Shown here: positions 1 to 9,318 of the stretch, in pieces
How positions within the stretch are numbered: position 1 is the first letter of the stretch
Layout: every line of letters starts with the position of its first letter
Assembly (NCBI GenBank): GCA_026416455.1
Contig: JAOAFE010000004.1
Span: forward strand, 73,468-137,467
Direction of reading: 5' to 3'
Source: Syntrophales bacterium
GTDB taxonomy: Bacteria > Desulfobacterota > Syntrophia > Syntrophales > UBA8958
Length of the DNA: 64,000 nucleotides
Notes under the pieces: model-generated
Seen by the model: only the letters and a program-made list of their open reading frames with translations
Told to the model about the DNA's origin: nothing
Databases searched by the model: none
Program-made: the position numbers and the translations under genes

Positions 1-1344
1 CTGCATTCCCGTCATGGCTGTCGTACGGTTGTCGCATATGACGATGACGGCTTCTCCCTTATTGTACACTATGTCGATGAGGGGCGTAATGCCGGAATGC
101 AGGAATGTAGAATCACCTATAACACCTACTATTTTTCCTCTTCCTTTCTCCTTTAAGGCCTTACTCATGCCGTGGGCCATGCTAACACTCGCCCCCATAC
201 AGATACACGAATGCAATCCCTCCAATGGCTTCATAAAGGCCAACGTGTAGCAACCGATGTCACCGGTCACAAAAACTTGCAACTTTCCTAGCACATAAAA
301 GATTCCTCGATGAGGACAACCGGGACACAGGTTAGGGGGACGAGGTGGTATTTCAATTTCCGGTGGGGTCAGGGTTATATTCTTTTTCCCCGTAATAGCT
401 TCATAGATGATCCCCGGATCGAATTCCCCGGCATACGGAAAAATTTCTTTTCCGACGACACTTATCCCCATCGCTTTTACCTGTTCTTCGATGAAGGGAT
501 CCAGTTCCTCTATCACATACAGCTTCTTTACCCGCGAGGCAAAATCGCGGATAAGTCGTTCCGGCAGGGGGTAAACCAAACCCAGTTTTAAATAGGAATA
601 ATCGGGGAAAACCGATTTAGCATAATTGTAACACATGCCAGCAGTAATGATACCTACTTCAGGATCAGCCATTTCTATTCTATTTTCGGGACATGTGTTT
701 GCATATTCTTTAAGCGCCCGCAGTCTTTTTTCCACCTCGTGTCTCCTTCCGCGGGCCATAGCTGGCACCATTACGTACTTGGCTACATCTGGCTTGATCA
801 TTCTCTTGTCTTCATATGCAGTTGGCTCTTCTAATTCAACTATTCCTTTAGAATGTGACACGCGGGTAGTTGTGCGCAAGATAACGGGGGTATCGAACTT
901 CTCACTCAGTTCAAAGGCAATCTTCACGTATCTCCTCGCTTCTTCACTATCGGCTGGCTCTAAGAGAGGAACCTTGGCAAACTTGGCGTAATTCCGGTTG
1001 TCCTGCTCATTCTGAGAACTATGCATCGAGGGATCATCGGCGGAAACTATAACAAGGGCACCGTTCGTACCCGTGTAACTCACCGTGAAAAGGGGGTCTG
1101 CCGCTACGTTCAACCCGACATGCTTCATTGTCACTAATGCCTTTTCGCCCGCCAAAGCCGCACCGATCCCTACTTCCAACGCCACTTTTTCGTTAGGTGA
1201 CCATTCCGCGTAAACTCCCTCATATTTCGAGAATGCTTCCAATATTTCCGTGCTGGGGGTTCCCGGGTAACCGGCTCCGAACCGGACACCATACTCATAG
1301 GCACCTCGAGCGATGGCTTCATTACCTGATAACAACGCCTTCAT
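1..1344 (-). CDS. iorA: Indolepyruvate:ferredoxin oxidoreductase alpha subunit (IorA), N-terminal 448 codons; the C-terminus lies beyond the left edge
   Basis: Absent from the ORF track because it runs off the edge. Manual minus-strand translation from ATG 1344-1342 gives MKALLSGNEAIARGAYEYGVRFGAGYPGTPSTEILE...DDPSMHSSQNEQDNR...GDIGCYT...GDSTFLHSG...DNRTTAMTGMQ and stays open to position 1. These are typical IorA/TPP-binding motifs. Confidence 0.85.
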   Translation of the reverse strand, partial: MKALLSGNEAIARGAYEYGVRFGAGYPGTPSTEILEAFSKYEGVYAEWSPNEKVALEVGIGAALAGEKALVTMKHVGLNVAADPLFTVSYTGTNGALVIVSADDPSMHSSQNEQDNRNYAKFAKVPLLEPADSEEARRYVKIAFELSEKFDTPVILRTTTRVSHSKGIVELEEPTAYEDKRMIKPDVAKYVMVPAMARGRRHEVEKRLRALKEYANTCPENRIEMADPEVGIITAGMCYNYAKSVFPDYSYLKLGLVYPLPERLIRDFASRVKKLYVIEELDPFIEEQVKAMGISVVGKEIFPYAGEFDPGIIYEAITGKKNITLTPPEIEIPPRPPNLCPGCPHRGIFYVLGKLQVFVTGDIGCYTLAFMKPLEGLHSCICMGASVSMAHGMSKALKEKGRGKIVGVIGDSTFLHSGITPLIDIVYNKGEAVIVICDNRTTAMTGMQ

Positions 1345-1356
1345 AAAAAATTCCTT

Positions 1357-2034
1357 TCACTTTAGATTAGTTTTTCTTGCGTACCAGTCCTTTAGGACGG
1401 GATCAACCGTTTTCGTTCTGGCTTTTTCGTAGTATTCAGTTGCCTTTTTGATATCTTTTAAGGCTTCATAAACACGGGCCATGTTTGCGTAGTTTATACT
1501 CTCGAACATAGCTCCTGATTTCAAGCGAGAGGCTTTTTCGTAATTTTCAAGGGCGAGTTTGAATTCCCCCTTTTCTTCATAACATATCCCCAAGGCATTG
1601 TAGGCTATAACGAGAAGTTCGTTGTCCTTTCGGTTTTGTTCAATGTACTTTTTGAACCAAGAAATACCTTCATCTATTTTGCCTTCTCTCACATAGATGT
1701 TCCCCAAACGAAAAAGGGCATAGGAAGCGGATTGGGTATGGGGATAACGATTAACGATATCTTTGAAGGCAGCTATAATAGGAGTTAAGTCCTTTTTTTC
1801 TGCTACGGCCAGACGGTAATCCTCCGACACTTTGGTGTACAAAGTAAGAGCTCTCATTTCCTGGTCATGTTGATAGTAAAGCCATCCCCCGATGATAAAA
1901 ATTATAATTACGAGCGCCGTGCCCCCTATAATCACCTTCTTTCTGTGCTGGAGGAAGAAACTGAGTAGATTCGCTAGAAAAATCTGGAACCTGTCTGGTT
2001 GTTTTAGCTCTTTCTTCGTAATCTTTTCGACCAT
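1357..2034 (-). CDS. Membrane-anchored tetratricopeptide-repeat protein (YfgM-like architecture)
   Basis: 225-aa ORF with one N-terminal TM helix (VIIGGTALVIIIFIIGGWLYY). TPR-like repeats follow (YALFRLGNIY, AYNALGICYEEKGEF, NMARVYEALKD). Confidence 0.65.
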   Translation of the reverse strand: MVEKITKKELKQPDRFQIFLANLLSFFLQHRKKVIIGGTALVIIIFIIGGWLYYQHDQEMRALTLYTKVSEDYRLAVAEKKDLTPIIAAFKDIVNRYPHTQSASYALFRLGNIYVREGKIDEGISWFKKYIEQNRKDNELLVIAYNALGICYEEKGEFKLALENYEKASRLKSGAMFESINYANMARVYEALKDIKKATEYYEKARTKTVDPVLKDWYARKTNLK

Positions 2035-2058
2035 AAAAAATATCTCCTTACAAGTGCT

Positions 2059-2463
2059 TTAATCCAAAGCCCGCTTTATGATATCGATCATCTCCCATGG
2101 CAGGCGAACTACCTTACCCTGGGCATTTATACAGGCATGAATGGTATAGCCTTCAACCATCTCCTTTTTCCTATCTTCACTCCAGATGGTATAGTTAAAT
2201 TTGACGGTCGCCCGATTCACATGCCCCACCGACGTCTCGATTAAGAGGACCTGGTCATAACGTGCCGCCTGTCGATAGTGACAATAGACCTCAATGACCG
2301 GTAGGTGATATCCCTTGCCTCCCCAGTCGGCGTATATAAATCCCGCCTCTCTTAATAACTCCGTGCGACCAATTTCGAACCATCGAATATAATTAGTATG
2401 ATAAACGATACCCATCGCATCAGTATCCGCATATATGACTCGCACGGGGGTTACGTTTTTCAT
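2059..2463 (-). CDS. Acyl-CoA thioesterase, YbgC/4HBT hotdog family
   Basis: ORF 2059..2478 carries the motif VRVIYADTDAMGIVYHTNY. I prefer the ATG at 2463, which forms an ATGA overlap with the upstream stop, over the GTG at 2478. Confidence 0.8.
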   Translation of the reverse strand: MKNVTPVRVIYADTDAMGIVYHTNYIRWFEIGRTELLREAGFIYADWGGKGYHLPVIEVYCHYRQAARYDQVLLIETSVGHVNRATVKFNYTIWSEDRKKEMVEGYTIHACINAQGKVVRLPWEMIDIIKRALD

Positions 2464-3674
2464 TTTCCTCTTCTCCACCCCTTGAACAACAATTCTATCA
2501 ATTTATGTCCAGGAGATACGATGTTTCCCGTCAGGTGAGCATTCCCTTCCGAGAAGTTCATTCCCGTGCGGCTCTTTTCCTCTGAGAGGGAAGACCAAAG
2601 AACAAATGGGCTCGGATCTGAAGCATGGGTTCGAAGCTTAATGGGGGTCGGGTGATCACTGAGCAGAAGAATTCTCAATGGATTGATGTGTTTGCTCTCT
2701 TCGAGCACGTATCCAAGGATATCCTTATCAATTCTCTCTAATGCCATTATTTTCCCTTCAATATTTCCTTCATGACCCATCTCATCCGGTGCCTCGACAT
2801 GGACAAAGACAAAATCCATTTCGCGCAAAGCTGCCATAGCATAAGTGGCTTTTCCATGAAAGTTTGTATCTATATACCCGGTAATGCCAGGCACGCTTAT
2901 AATTTCCAACCCCGCATAGACACCAATTCCTTTGAGTAGATCGACGGCGGAGATTACCCCTCCCCTAATTCCATATCTATCCGTTATTCTCTCCATTAGA
3001 GGCGCCCGACCTTGACCCCACAACCAAATGCCATTGGCCGGCTTTTTTCCCTTTTGTCTTCTTCTGACATTCACCGGGTGGTCCTTCAGCACTGCTTGCG
3101 CCTTTTCCATGATCTCAATCAGGTAAGTTGCTCCTACCCCTTTCGGTAAGTGAGGGGTGGCCACTTGACCTGTTATGTCATGAGGCGGTGTCGTTTCCAT
3201 TCCTTCTTCTCCACCTCTCCACACCATGAGATGGCGGTAACTTACACCGGCATAAAACTCGCGTTTTTCGTCCCGAAGCACCCGGTCGATGCCCTCGATC
3301 AATTGTCTGGCCTCGTCACTTTCAATATGATCAGCGGAAAAATCTACCATGACAGGCTCGGGGCCTTCACCCAGGGTCACCAGATTGCAGCGAAAAGCAA
3401 CATCCGTTGGTCCTAATCTTATCCCCATACTGGCCGCCTCCAAGGGTGCACGACCTGGGTAGACGGTCCGGGGGTCATACCCAAGGATGGAAAGATTGGC
3501 GACATCGCTCCCCGGCTTCATGCCCGACGGTATGGTATCAACGAGACCCAGGAACCCTTCTTGGGCTAGGTAGTCCATATGAGGGACGTGAGCTACCTCA
3601 AGAGGTGTTTTCCCACCCAATTCGGATAGGGGATAATCGGCCATCCCATCGGCAAGCAAAACCAAATATTTCAC
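2460..3674 (-). CDS. ApgM-family (cofactor-independent phosphoglycerate mutase-like) metalloenzyme; candidate non-canonical homoserine kinase
   Basis: 404 aa with a GTG start overlapping the hom stop (GTGA). Metal-site motifs of the alkaline-phosphatase superfamily are present: LLADGMADYP, HVEAPDEMGHEGN, LLSDHPTP. Confidence 0.8.
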   Translation of the reverse strand: MKYLVLLADGMADYPLSELGGKTPLEVAHVPHMDYLAQEGFLGLVDTIPSGMKPGSDVANLSILGYDPRTVYPGRAPLEAASMGIRLGPTDVAFRCNLVTLGEGPEPVMVDFSADHIESDEARQLIEGIDRVLRDEKREFYAGVSYRHLMVWRGGEEGMETTPPHDITGQVATPHLPKGVGATYLIEIMEKAQAVLKDHPVNVRRRQKGKKPANGIWLWGQGRAPLMERITDRYGIRGGVISAVDLLKGIGVYAGLEIISVPGITGYIDTNFHGKATYAMAALREMDFVFVHVEAPDEMGHEGNIEGKIMALERIDKDILGYVLEESKHINPLRILLLSDHPTPIKLRTHASDPSPFVLWSSLSEEKSRTGMNFSEGNAHLTGNIVSPGHKLIELLFKGWRRGK

Positions 3675-4984
3675 TTTAACCTCTCATCTTCGATCCGGAT
3701 AACCTTTACTCGTTCATGAACTACATCCAATTGCTCTATTTTTTCTAACGCATCTTGCACATCCCGCTCCCGGGCTTCATGGGTAACCATGACTATGGGT
3801 ACTGCTCCGTCCTTTTTCCTCCCTTTCTGTATTACGGAAGCGATGCTGATGTTGTGATTTCCTAGTATGCCGGAAATCTTGGACAATACTCCGGCACGAT
3901 CAACGGCCATAAAGCGAAAATAGTAGTTGGTACAGATTTCGTCAAAAGGTACGAGGTCCAGGGGACGAAGTACATGAACTTCTGGATCTCGTAACCCCAC
4001 CCTTTTACCCCCCTCCCCTTTCAGCTTCTTGGCTATGTCCACGACATCTCCTAATACGGCACTAGCCGTCGGCATCATGCCAGCCCCTTGACCGAACAGG
4101 AAAATGGGACCGGATGCGCTACCTACGAGGTAGAAAGCATTATAATTGCTATTCACACTGGCCAAAAGATGATCCGACGGGATCATGGTGGGATGAATTC
4201 TTGCCTCTATTCTGGAGCCTCTTTTGAAGGCGATCGCCAGCAATTTGATCCGGTACCCCAACTCCAATGCAAACTCGATATCCTGATGACTAATTTCCCT
4301 AATACCTTCACAATAAAAATCCATTGTTTTGACCGAGCCCCCATAGGCCAGTCCTAAAACGATAGCCAGTTTATGCGCGGTATCTTTTCCATCTATATCG
4401 AAAGATGGATCGGCCTCGGCAAAACCAAGTTTTTGTGCCTCTTTTAAAACTTGATCAAATTCTTTCCGTTCGTCCGTCATTTGAGAGAGGATGTAATTGG
4501 TAGTTCCATTCATTATGGCCATTAAATGACTGATGTCGTTTGCGATTAGCGATTCCCGAACAGTTTTTATAATTGGGATCGTCCCCCCCACACTCGCTTC
4601 AAAGCCGAGCTCACATCCCTCTTCATTCGCAATGTGCCATATTTCATCACCGTACTCCGCCAAAAGGGCCTTGTTTGCCGTTACTACGTGTTTCTTATTT
4701 CGCAATGCCGCCTTAACGATGGAGCGGGCCGGTTCATAACCTCCCATCAGCTCGATCACAATATCTATTTCAGGATCGTTAACAATCATCATCGCATCTT
4801 GGCATAGTATGTCCTGGGGCACCGAAACAGGTCTAGGGCGACCGAGATCAATATCGGCTATTTTTTTCAACCGCAGCTCGAATCCCAGTTTTCGCGCTAA
4901 ATTCTCCTTCTCCTCCTGCAACAGTTTGACTACCCCGCTTCCAATGGTACCAAATCCGATTAATCCCAAATAAATTACCTTCAT
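3671..4984 (-). CDS. hom: Homoserine dehydrogenase with C-terminal ACT domain
   Basis: 437 aa. It has an N-terminal GLIGFGTIGSGV NAD(P) fold, the core ANKALLA...MNGTTNYIL..., and an ACT-like tail (YYFRFMAVDRAGVLSKISGILGNHNISI). Confidence 0.92.
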   Translation of the reverse strand: MKVIYLGLIGFGTIGSGVVKLLQEEKENLARKLGFELRLKKIADIDLGRPRPVSVPQDILCQDAMMIVNDPEIDIVIELMGGYEPARSIVKAALRNKKHVVTANKALLAEYGDEIWHIANEEGCELGFEASVGGTIPIIKTVRESLIANDISHLMAIMNGTTNYILSQMTDERKEFDQVLKEAQKLGFAEADPSFDIDGKDTAHKLAIVLGLAYGGSVKTMDFYCEGIREISHQDIEFALELGYRIKLLAIAFKRGSRIEARIHPTMIPSDHLLASVNSNYNAFYLVGSASGPIFLFGQGAGMMPTASAVLGDVVDIAKKLKGEGGKRVGLRDPEVHVLRPLDLVPFDEICTNYYFRFMAVDRAGVLSKISGILGNHNISIASVIQKGRKKDGAVPIVMVTHEARERDVQDALEKIEQLDVVHERVKVIRIEDERLK

Positions 4985-5010
4985 GGCCCTTACCTTGTCC
5001 GGCGTGAGTC

Positions 5011-5037
5011 TTTATAACGGATACATCTAATTGTCAA
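5011..5037 (-). promoter_or_regulatory. Candidate sigma70-type promoter for the hom operon
   Basis: The minus strand reads TTGACA (5037-5032), a 15-nt spacer, then TATAAA (5016-5011), about 27 nt upstream of the hom ATG. The spacer is short, so this is tentative. Confidence 0.3.
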
Positions 5038-5049
5038 AATAAAACGCCT

Positions 5050-7461
5050 TTAACCTGTTTTGGCGAGCTCTAGTTTTTGACCCCAGCGATGGATCAGTAT
5101 TTTTCTCAATATTTTATTTTCTTCTTTCTCCAAGAACGGGTCATCTTCCACTATAGCAAAGGCATCACTTCTTGCCTCGCTCAAGATACGTCCATCTCGT
5201 ACAATACTGGCAACGCGAAATTCCGGTACACCCCACTGTCTAGTTCCCATGAACTCACCAGGTCCGCGGATGGCCAGGTCTTCCTCGGCAATCCGGAAAC
5301 CGTCGTTGGTCTTTTCCATCACCGCCAGCCTTCTCCTCGCCTCGTCTGACACATCGTACTGCGCCATCAAAATACAATGCCCAGGAATATTAGATCGCCC
5401 TACCCTGCCCCTCAATTGATGCAATTGAGACAAACCAAACCTGTCGGCGTGTTCTATGACCATGAGCGAGGCCTCCGGCACGTCTATACCCACCTCGATC
5501 ACCGTGGTTGCAACAAGAATATCGATCTCTTTCCTCAAAAAAGCTGACATAATGCGGTCTTTGTCTCTCGGTCTCATTTTTCCATGGACAAGACCAACCT
5601 TGAATTCGGGAAAGACTATGTTTTGTAAATGATCGGCCATGTTGGTTGCATCTCTTAAATCTAAACTCTCCGACTCCTCCACCAAGGGATAAACGATGAA
5701 CACCTGTTGACCTTTTTTTATCGTAGACCGTATAATTTCATAGACCTTTTCCCTCTCGCTTTCGTAGTAAACTTGAGTTTTTATCGGTTTTTTACCGGGT
5801 GGAAGCTCATCAATAACCGAGATATCCAGATCACCATATACAGTCATGGCTAGTGTACGGGGAATAGGGGTAGCTGTCATGACCATAATATGTGGATTTA
5901 CCCCTTTGTATCTCAGGGCAGCCCGTTGAAGTACCCCAAACCTATGCTGTTCATCAATTACGGCCAAGCCGAGATTATGGAAAGACAGTCGGTCCTGGAT
6001 GAGGGCATGGGTACCGATAATAATATGAATTTCCCCTTTCTCTATTTCTTTCAGGAGTTGACGTACTTCCGTTCCTTTCTTTCCCCCTGTAAGGAGGGCT
6101 GCTCTTAGACCCAAGCCCTCCGCCCAACGACCTATGTTTCTGAAATGCTGTTCCGCTAATATTTCTGTGGGAGCCATAATGGCTGCTTGGTAACCGTTGT
6201 CGCAGGCCGTTACCATAGCCGCCATTGCTACTACCGTTTTTCCACTCCCCACATCTCCCTGCAGCAACCGGTTCATGGGCCGCTCCTTCCTCACATCTTC
6301 TTCAATTTCCCGTATTACTCGCCATTGGGCGCCTGTCAGATTAAAGGGGAGTAGGCGATAAAACTTCTTCACCAATTCACCCCCAGTTTCAAAACGGATA
6401 CCCTTTTCCTGTGCCACTTCTTTCCGACGGACCGCCATCCCCAACTCAAAGAAAAAAAATTCTTCGTAAATGAGTCTCCTCAAATAGGCTGATCGTCCTG
6501 TCTCTATCTCTTCCACGACCTCCATATGAGGAGGAAAATGGAGCATATTCAAACTCACATTCAGAGCGGGCAGGTCCCTTTTTTTGCATATGTACTCGGG
6601 TATTGGGCTTTTTAAATGGGGCGACGTTATGGACAAAGCCGAATGGATAATCTTTCTTATGGTTTTCTGATGCAAACCCTCTGATTCCGAATAGATGGGT
6701 ACAATTCGACGGAAGTGAAGCGAATCATCGTCTTCGCTGGAGATTACTTCGAAATCCGGGTGGATCATGGACCTATTACCCTTAAAGGCCCTTACCTCTC
6801 CCGTGAAGATTACTCGATGCCCCGGTCTAAAAGTTGCCTTGAGAAACGAAGGACTCCCTTTAAACCAGGTTGCAAGAAGCCTTCCGGAACCGTCATCTAC
6901 CGTTACTTCAAAGACCTTTTTTAACCCGTACCCTTGGAACTGGGCTGCCGTTATCTCCCCGACGATGGTTTCCTTCTGACCGATAGTTGTCTCGACTATC
7001 TTCTTGATTTGCCGCCGATCTTCGTAACGCCGAGGGAGAAAGTAGAGAAGGTCCTCGACGTTGTGGATCCGTTTCCTTTCCAATATGGAAGCAATGCGTG
7101 GACCCACCCCTTTCACATACTGAACTGGTTGAGACAAAACTCTCAACATTTCCTCCCAGTCTATGGCGTCTTCGTTGGATGCCGAACAATTCGTTCGCAT
7201 CTCACTGACAAGTAGCAGGGCCTCAGACACCCTCGATTTCTTCTCTTCAAGTGGTAGGGCATCGAAATCGACGAAAAGATTTTTAAATCTGTGCACTAAT
7301 GGAGGGGATATTTCTCCCGTGGCGGCAAGTCCATCCGCCAGGGATACCATGAGGGGCCCCAGCTCTTTTACCAAAGCCAAGTGGGAATAATTGCTCTGGT
7401 AAGAGAATCGAAGTGGTTTTTCTATTTTTTCCAATATATCCGCACATTTAGACATCATCAT
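5050..7461 (-). CDS. recG: ATP-dependent DNA helicase RecG (long form with a roughly 110-aa N-terminal extension)
   Basis: 803 aa with a wedge/OB region, Walker A GDVGSGKT, DEQHRFG, and helicase C motifs (QLHQLRGRVGR). Confidence 0.92.
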   Translation of the reverse strand: MMMSKCADILEKIEKPLRFSYQSNYSHLALVKELGPLMVSLADGLAATGEISPPLVHRFKNLFVDFDALPLEEKKSRVSEALLLVSEMRTNCSASNEDAIDWEEMLRVLSQPVQYVKGVGPRIASILERKRIHNVEDLLYFLPRRYEDRRQIKKIVETTIGQKETIVGEITAAQFQGYGLKKVFEVTVDDGSGRLLATWFKGSPSFLKATFRPGHRVIFTGEVRAFKGNRSMIHPDFEVISSEDDDSLHFRRIVPIYSESEGLHQKTIRKIIHSALSITSPHLKSPIPEYICKKRDLPALNVSLNMLHFPPHMEVVEEIETGRSAYLRRLIYEEFFFFELGMAVRRKEVAQEKGIRFETGGELVKKFYRLLPFNLTGAQWRVIREIEEDVRKERPMNRLLQGDVGSGKTVVAMAAMVTACDNGYQAAIMAPTEILAEQHFRNIGRWAEGLGLRAALLTGGKKGTEVRQLLKEIEKGEIHIIIGTHALIQDRLSFHNLGLAVIDEQHRFGVLQRAALRYKGVNPHIMVMTATPIPRTLAMTVYGDLDISVIDELPPGKKPIKTQVYYESEREKVYEIIRSTIKKGQQVFIVYPLVEESESLDLRDATNMADHLQNIVFPEFKVGLVHGKMRPRDKDRIMSAFLRKEIDILVATTVIEVGIDVPEASLMVIEHADRFGLSQLHQLRGRVGRSNIPGHCILMAQYDVSDEARRRLAVMEKTNDGFRIAEEDLAIRGPGEFMGTRQWGVPEFRVASIVRDGRILSEARSDAFAIVEDDPFLEKEENKILRKILIHRWGQKLELAKTG

Positions 7462-7541
7462 TCAAGCTCCCGGCCAAAAATACTCGATCTTACATTGCCA
7501 TAAGACACATCTATCTTCAACGCAAACGTAATGATCGAAAA

Positions 7542-7568
7542 TTGACATTTTGTTGGCTGTAATATACT
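7542..7568 (+). promoter_or_regulatory. Candidate sigma70-type promoter for purMN-pfk
   Basis: TTGACA (7542-7547), a 15-nt spacer, then TATACT (7563-7568). It sits about 35 nt upstream of the purM ATG, which has an AGGAAG RBS. Confidence 0.35.
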
Positions 7569-7602
7569 AAAAAAACAAATTTCAAAATTATAGGAAGAAC
7601 GT

Positions 7603-8643
7603 ATGTGTGCTAAGGCATACAAAGAATCCGGAGTAGATATTGATCGGGCCAATACTTTTGTTAATCTTATTAAGCCCAAAGTTAAAGAAACGTTAAGACC
7701 CGAAGCCATAGGAGCCATAGGTGGGTTCGGCGGTTTATTTCGATTAGATGTAAAGAAATATAAAAATCCCATCCTTGTGTCTTCTACCGATGGCGTCGGA
7801 ACCAAGTTAAAAATAGCGCAAATGTTTGACCATCACCATACCGTCGGTATCGATCTGGTAGCCATGTCTGCTAACGATGTTATCGTCCAAGGGGCAGAAC
7901 CCCTATTCTTTCTCGATTATCTCTCAACGGGGAAAATCGATCTCAACCGGGAAGTAAAAATTATAGAAGGCATAGTAAAGGGATGTCAGGAAGCTGGCTG
8001 TACCCTCTTAGGCGGAGAAACGGCAGAGATGCCTGGTATGTACCGTGAAGGCGAGTACGATTTAGCCGGCTTTTGTGTGGGGGTAGTCGAAGCGGAGGCT
8101 CTAATCGACGGATCGACTATCCACGTGGATGACCATATAATCGGTTTGGCTTCAAACGGTCTTCATAGTAACGGTTTCTCCCTCGTAAGAAAAATTGTCT
8201 TTGAACAGAAGAGGTTTAAGGGAAATGAAAAAATAGAGGGATATGAGGGATCTTTATCCTCTGTTCTCCTTACTCCGACACGCATATACGTGCGACCCAT
8301 TCTTAATCTATTAAAATCTTTTGAGATAAAGGGAATAGCTCACATAACGGGAGGGGGTTTTTACGATAACATCCCCCGCATTTTACCCCAAGGTGTACAG
8401 GCGGTAATTACAAAGGGCTCATGGCCCATTCCACCCATTTTTTCTAAACTCAAGGAGTGGGGTCAGATCGAGGAAGAGGAGATGTACCGTGTCTTTAACA
8501 TGGGAATCGGCATGATTCTGATCGTTAAACCGGAAGATACACGGGAAATTATGGTCCGTCTCGAGAACATGGGTGAAAAAGCTTACTTGCTTGGATACAT
8601 CAAGATGAGAAAAGAACAAGACCCGGCCGTGGTGCTCGTATGA
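7603..8643 (+). CDS. purM: Phosphoribosylformylglycinamidine cyclo-ligase (AIR synthetase)
   Basis: 346 aa. Motifs: YKESGVDID, GGFGGLF, VSSTDGVGTKL, DLVAMSANDV, HITGGG. Confidence 0.93.
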   Translation: MCAKAYKESGVDIDRANTFVNLIKPKVKETLRPEAIGAIGGFGGLFRLDVKKYKNPILVSSTDGVGTKLKIAQMFDHHHTVGIDLVAMSANDVIVQGAEPLFFLDYLSTGKIDLNREVKIIEGIVKGCQEAGCTLLGGETAEMPGMYREGEYDLAGFCVGVVEAEALIDGSTIHVDDHIIGLASNGLHSNGFSLVRKIVFEQKRFKGNEKIEGYEGSLSSVLLTPTRIYVRPILNLLKSFEIKGIAHITGGGFYDNIPRILPQGVQAVITKGSWPIPPIFSKLKEWGQIEEEEMYRVFNMGIGMILIVKPEDTREIMVRLENMGEKAYLLGYIKMRKEQDPAVVLV

Positions 8644-9299
8644 AACTCAAATTAGGTATTCTCGTTTCGGGGAACGGATCCAATCTACAAGCCATCATTG
8701 ATGCCATTGAACAAGGCTTGCTGGATGCGAAGATCGAGGTCGTAATAAGCAATAATCCCGAGGCTTATGCCCTTCGACGATGTGAAAAACACGGGATAAA
8801 TTATGTAATACTGAAACATGAGGATTATACCTCGCGGGAAGAGTTCGATCGGGCCATGGTGTCTATCATGCAACATTATGAAGTTGAATTGGTAGTTATG
8901 GCCGGCTTCATGAGGATTCTTACGCCTGAATTCATTCGTGCCTTTCCTTTAAGGATCATGAATATCCACCCCGCCCTCCTTCCATCTTTTCCTGGTCTGC
9001 ATGGCCAGAAAAAGGCGTTCGATTACGGGGTAAAGTTTTCCGGATGTACGGTGCATTTCGCAGATGAGGGAGTGGATACGGGTCCCATCATCATCCAGGC
9101 GGTGGTACCCGTCTACCCTGATGATACGGTAGATACTTTAGCGGCAAGAATTTTGAAGGAAGAACATCGAATCTATCCTCAAGCGATTCAATGGTTTGCT
9201 GAAGGAAGACTGGAGGTAAAGGGAAGAAAAGTCTTCTTGCGAGATGGTGGTTCTCCCGCTCCGGGGGTTCTCATCAATCCGCCTTTAACTATGTTTTAA
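8640..9299 (+). CDS. purN: Phosphoribosylglycinamide formyltransferase
   Basis: 219 aa with a 4-nt overlap with purM. Motifs: ILVSGNGSNLQAI, MNIHPALLPSFPG, GCTVHFADEGVDTGPII. Confidence 0.92.
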   Translation: MKLKLGILVSGNGSNLQAIIDAIEQGLLDAKIEVVISNNPEAYALRRCEKHGINYVILKHEDYTSREEFDRAMVSIMQHYEVELVVMAGFMRILTPEFIRAFPLRIMNIHPALLPSFPGLHGQKKAFDYGVKFSGCTVHFADEGVDTGPIIIQAVVPVYPDDTVDTLAARILKEEHRIYPQAIQWFAEGRLEVKGRKVFLRDGGSPAPGVLINPPLTMF

Positions 9300-9318
9300 C
9301 TGAACGAAGGGGGGATAC

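Noticed and set aside
14-991. Three + strand ORFs (78, 93 and 118 aa) at the left edge
   Set aside because: They are antisense to a continuous minus-strand reading frame that encodes an unmistakable IorA N-terminus.
7458-7805. A 115-aa minus-strand ORF spanning the recG-purM intergenic region
   Set aside because: It overlaps the purM start and promoter region, has no motif, and has a low-complexity composition.
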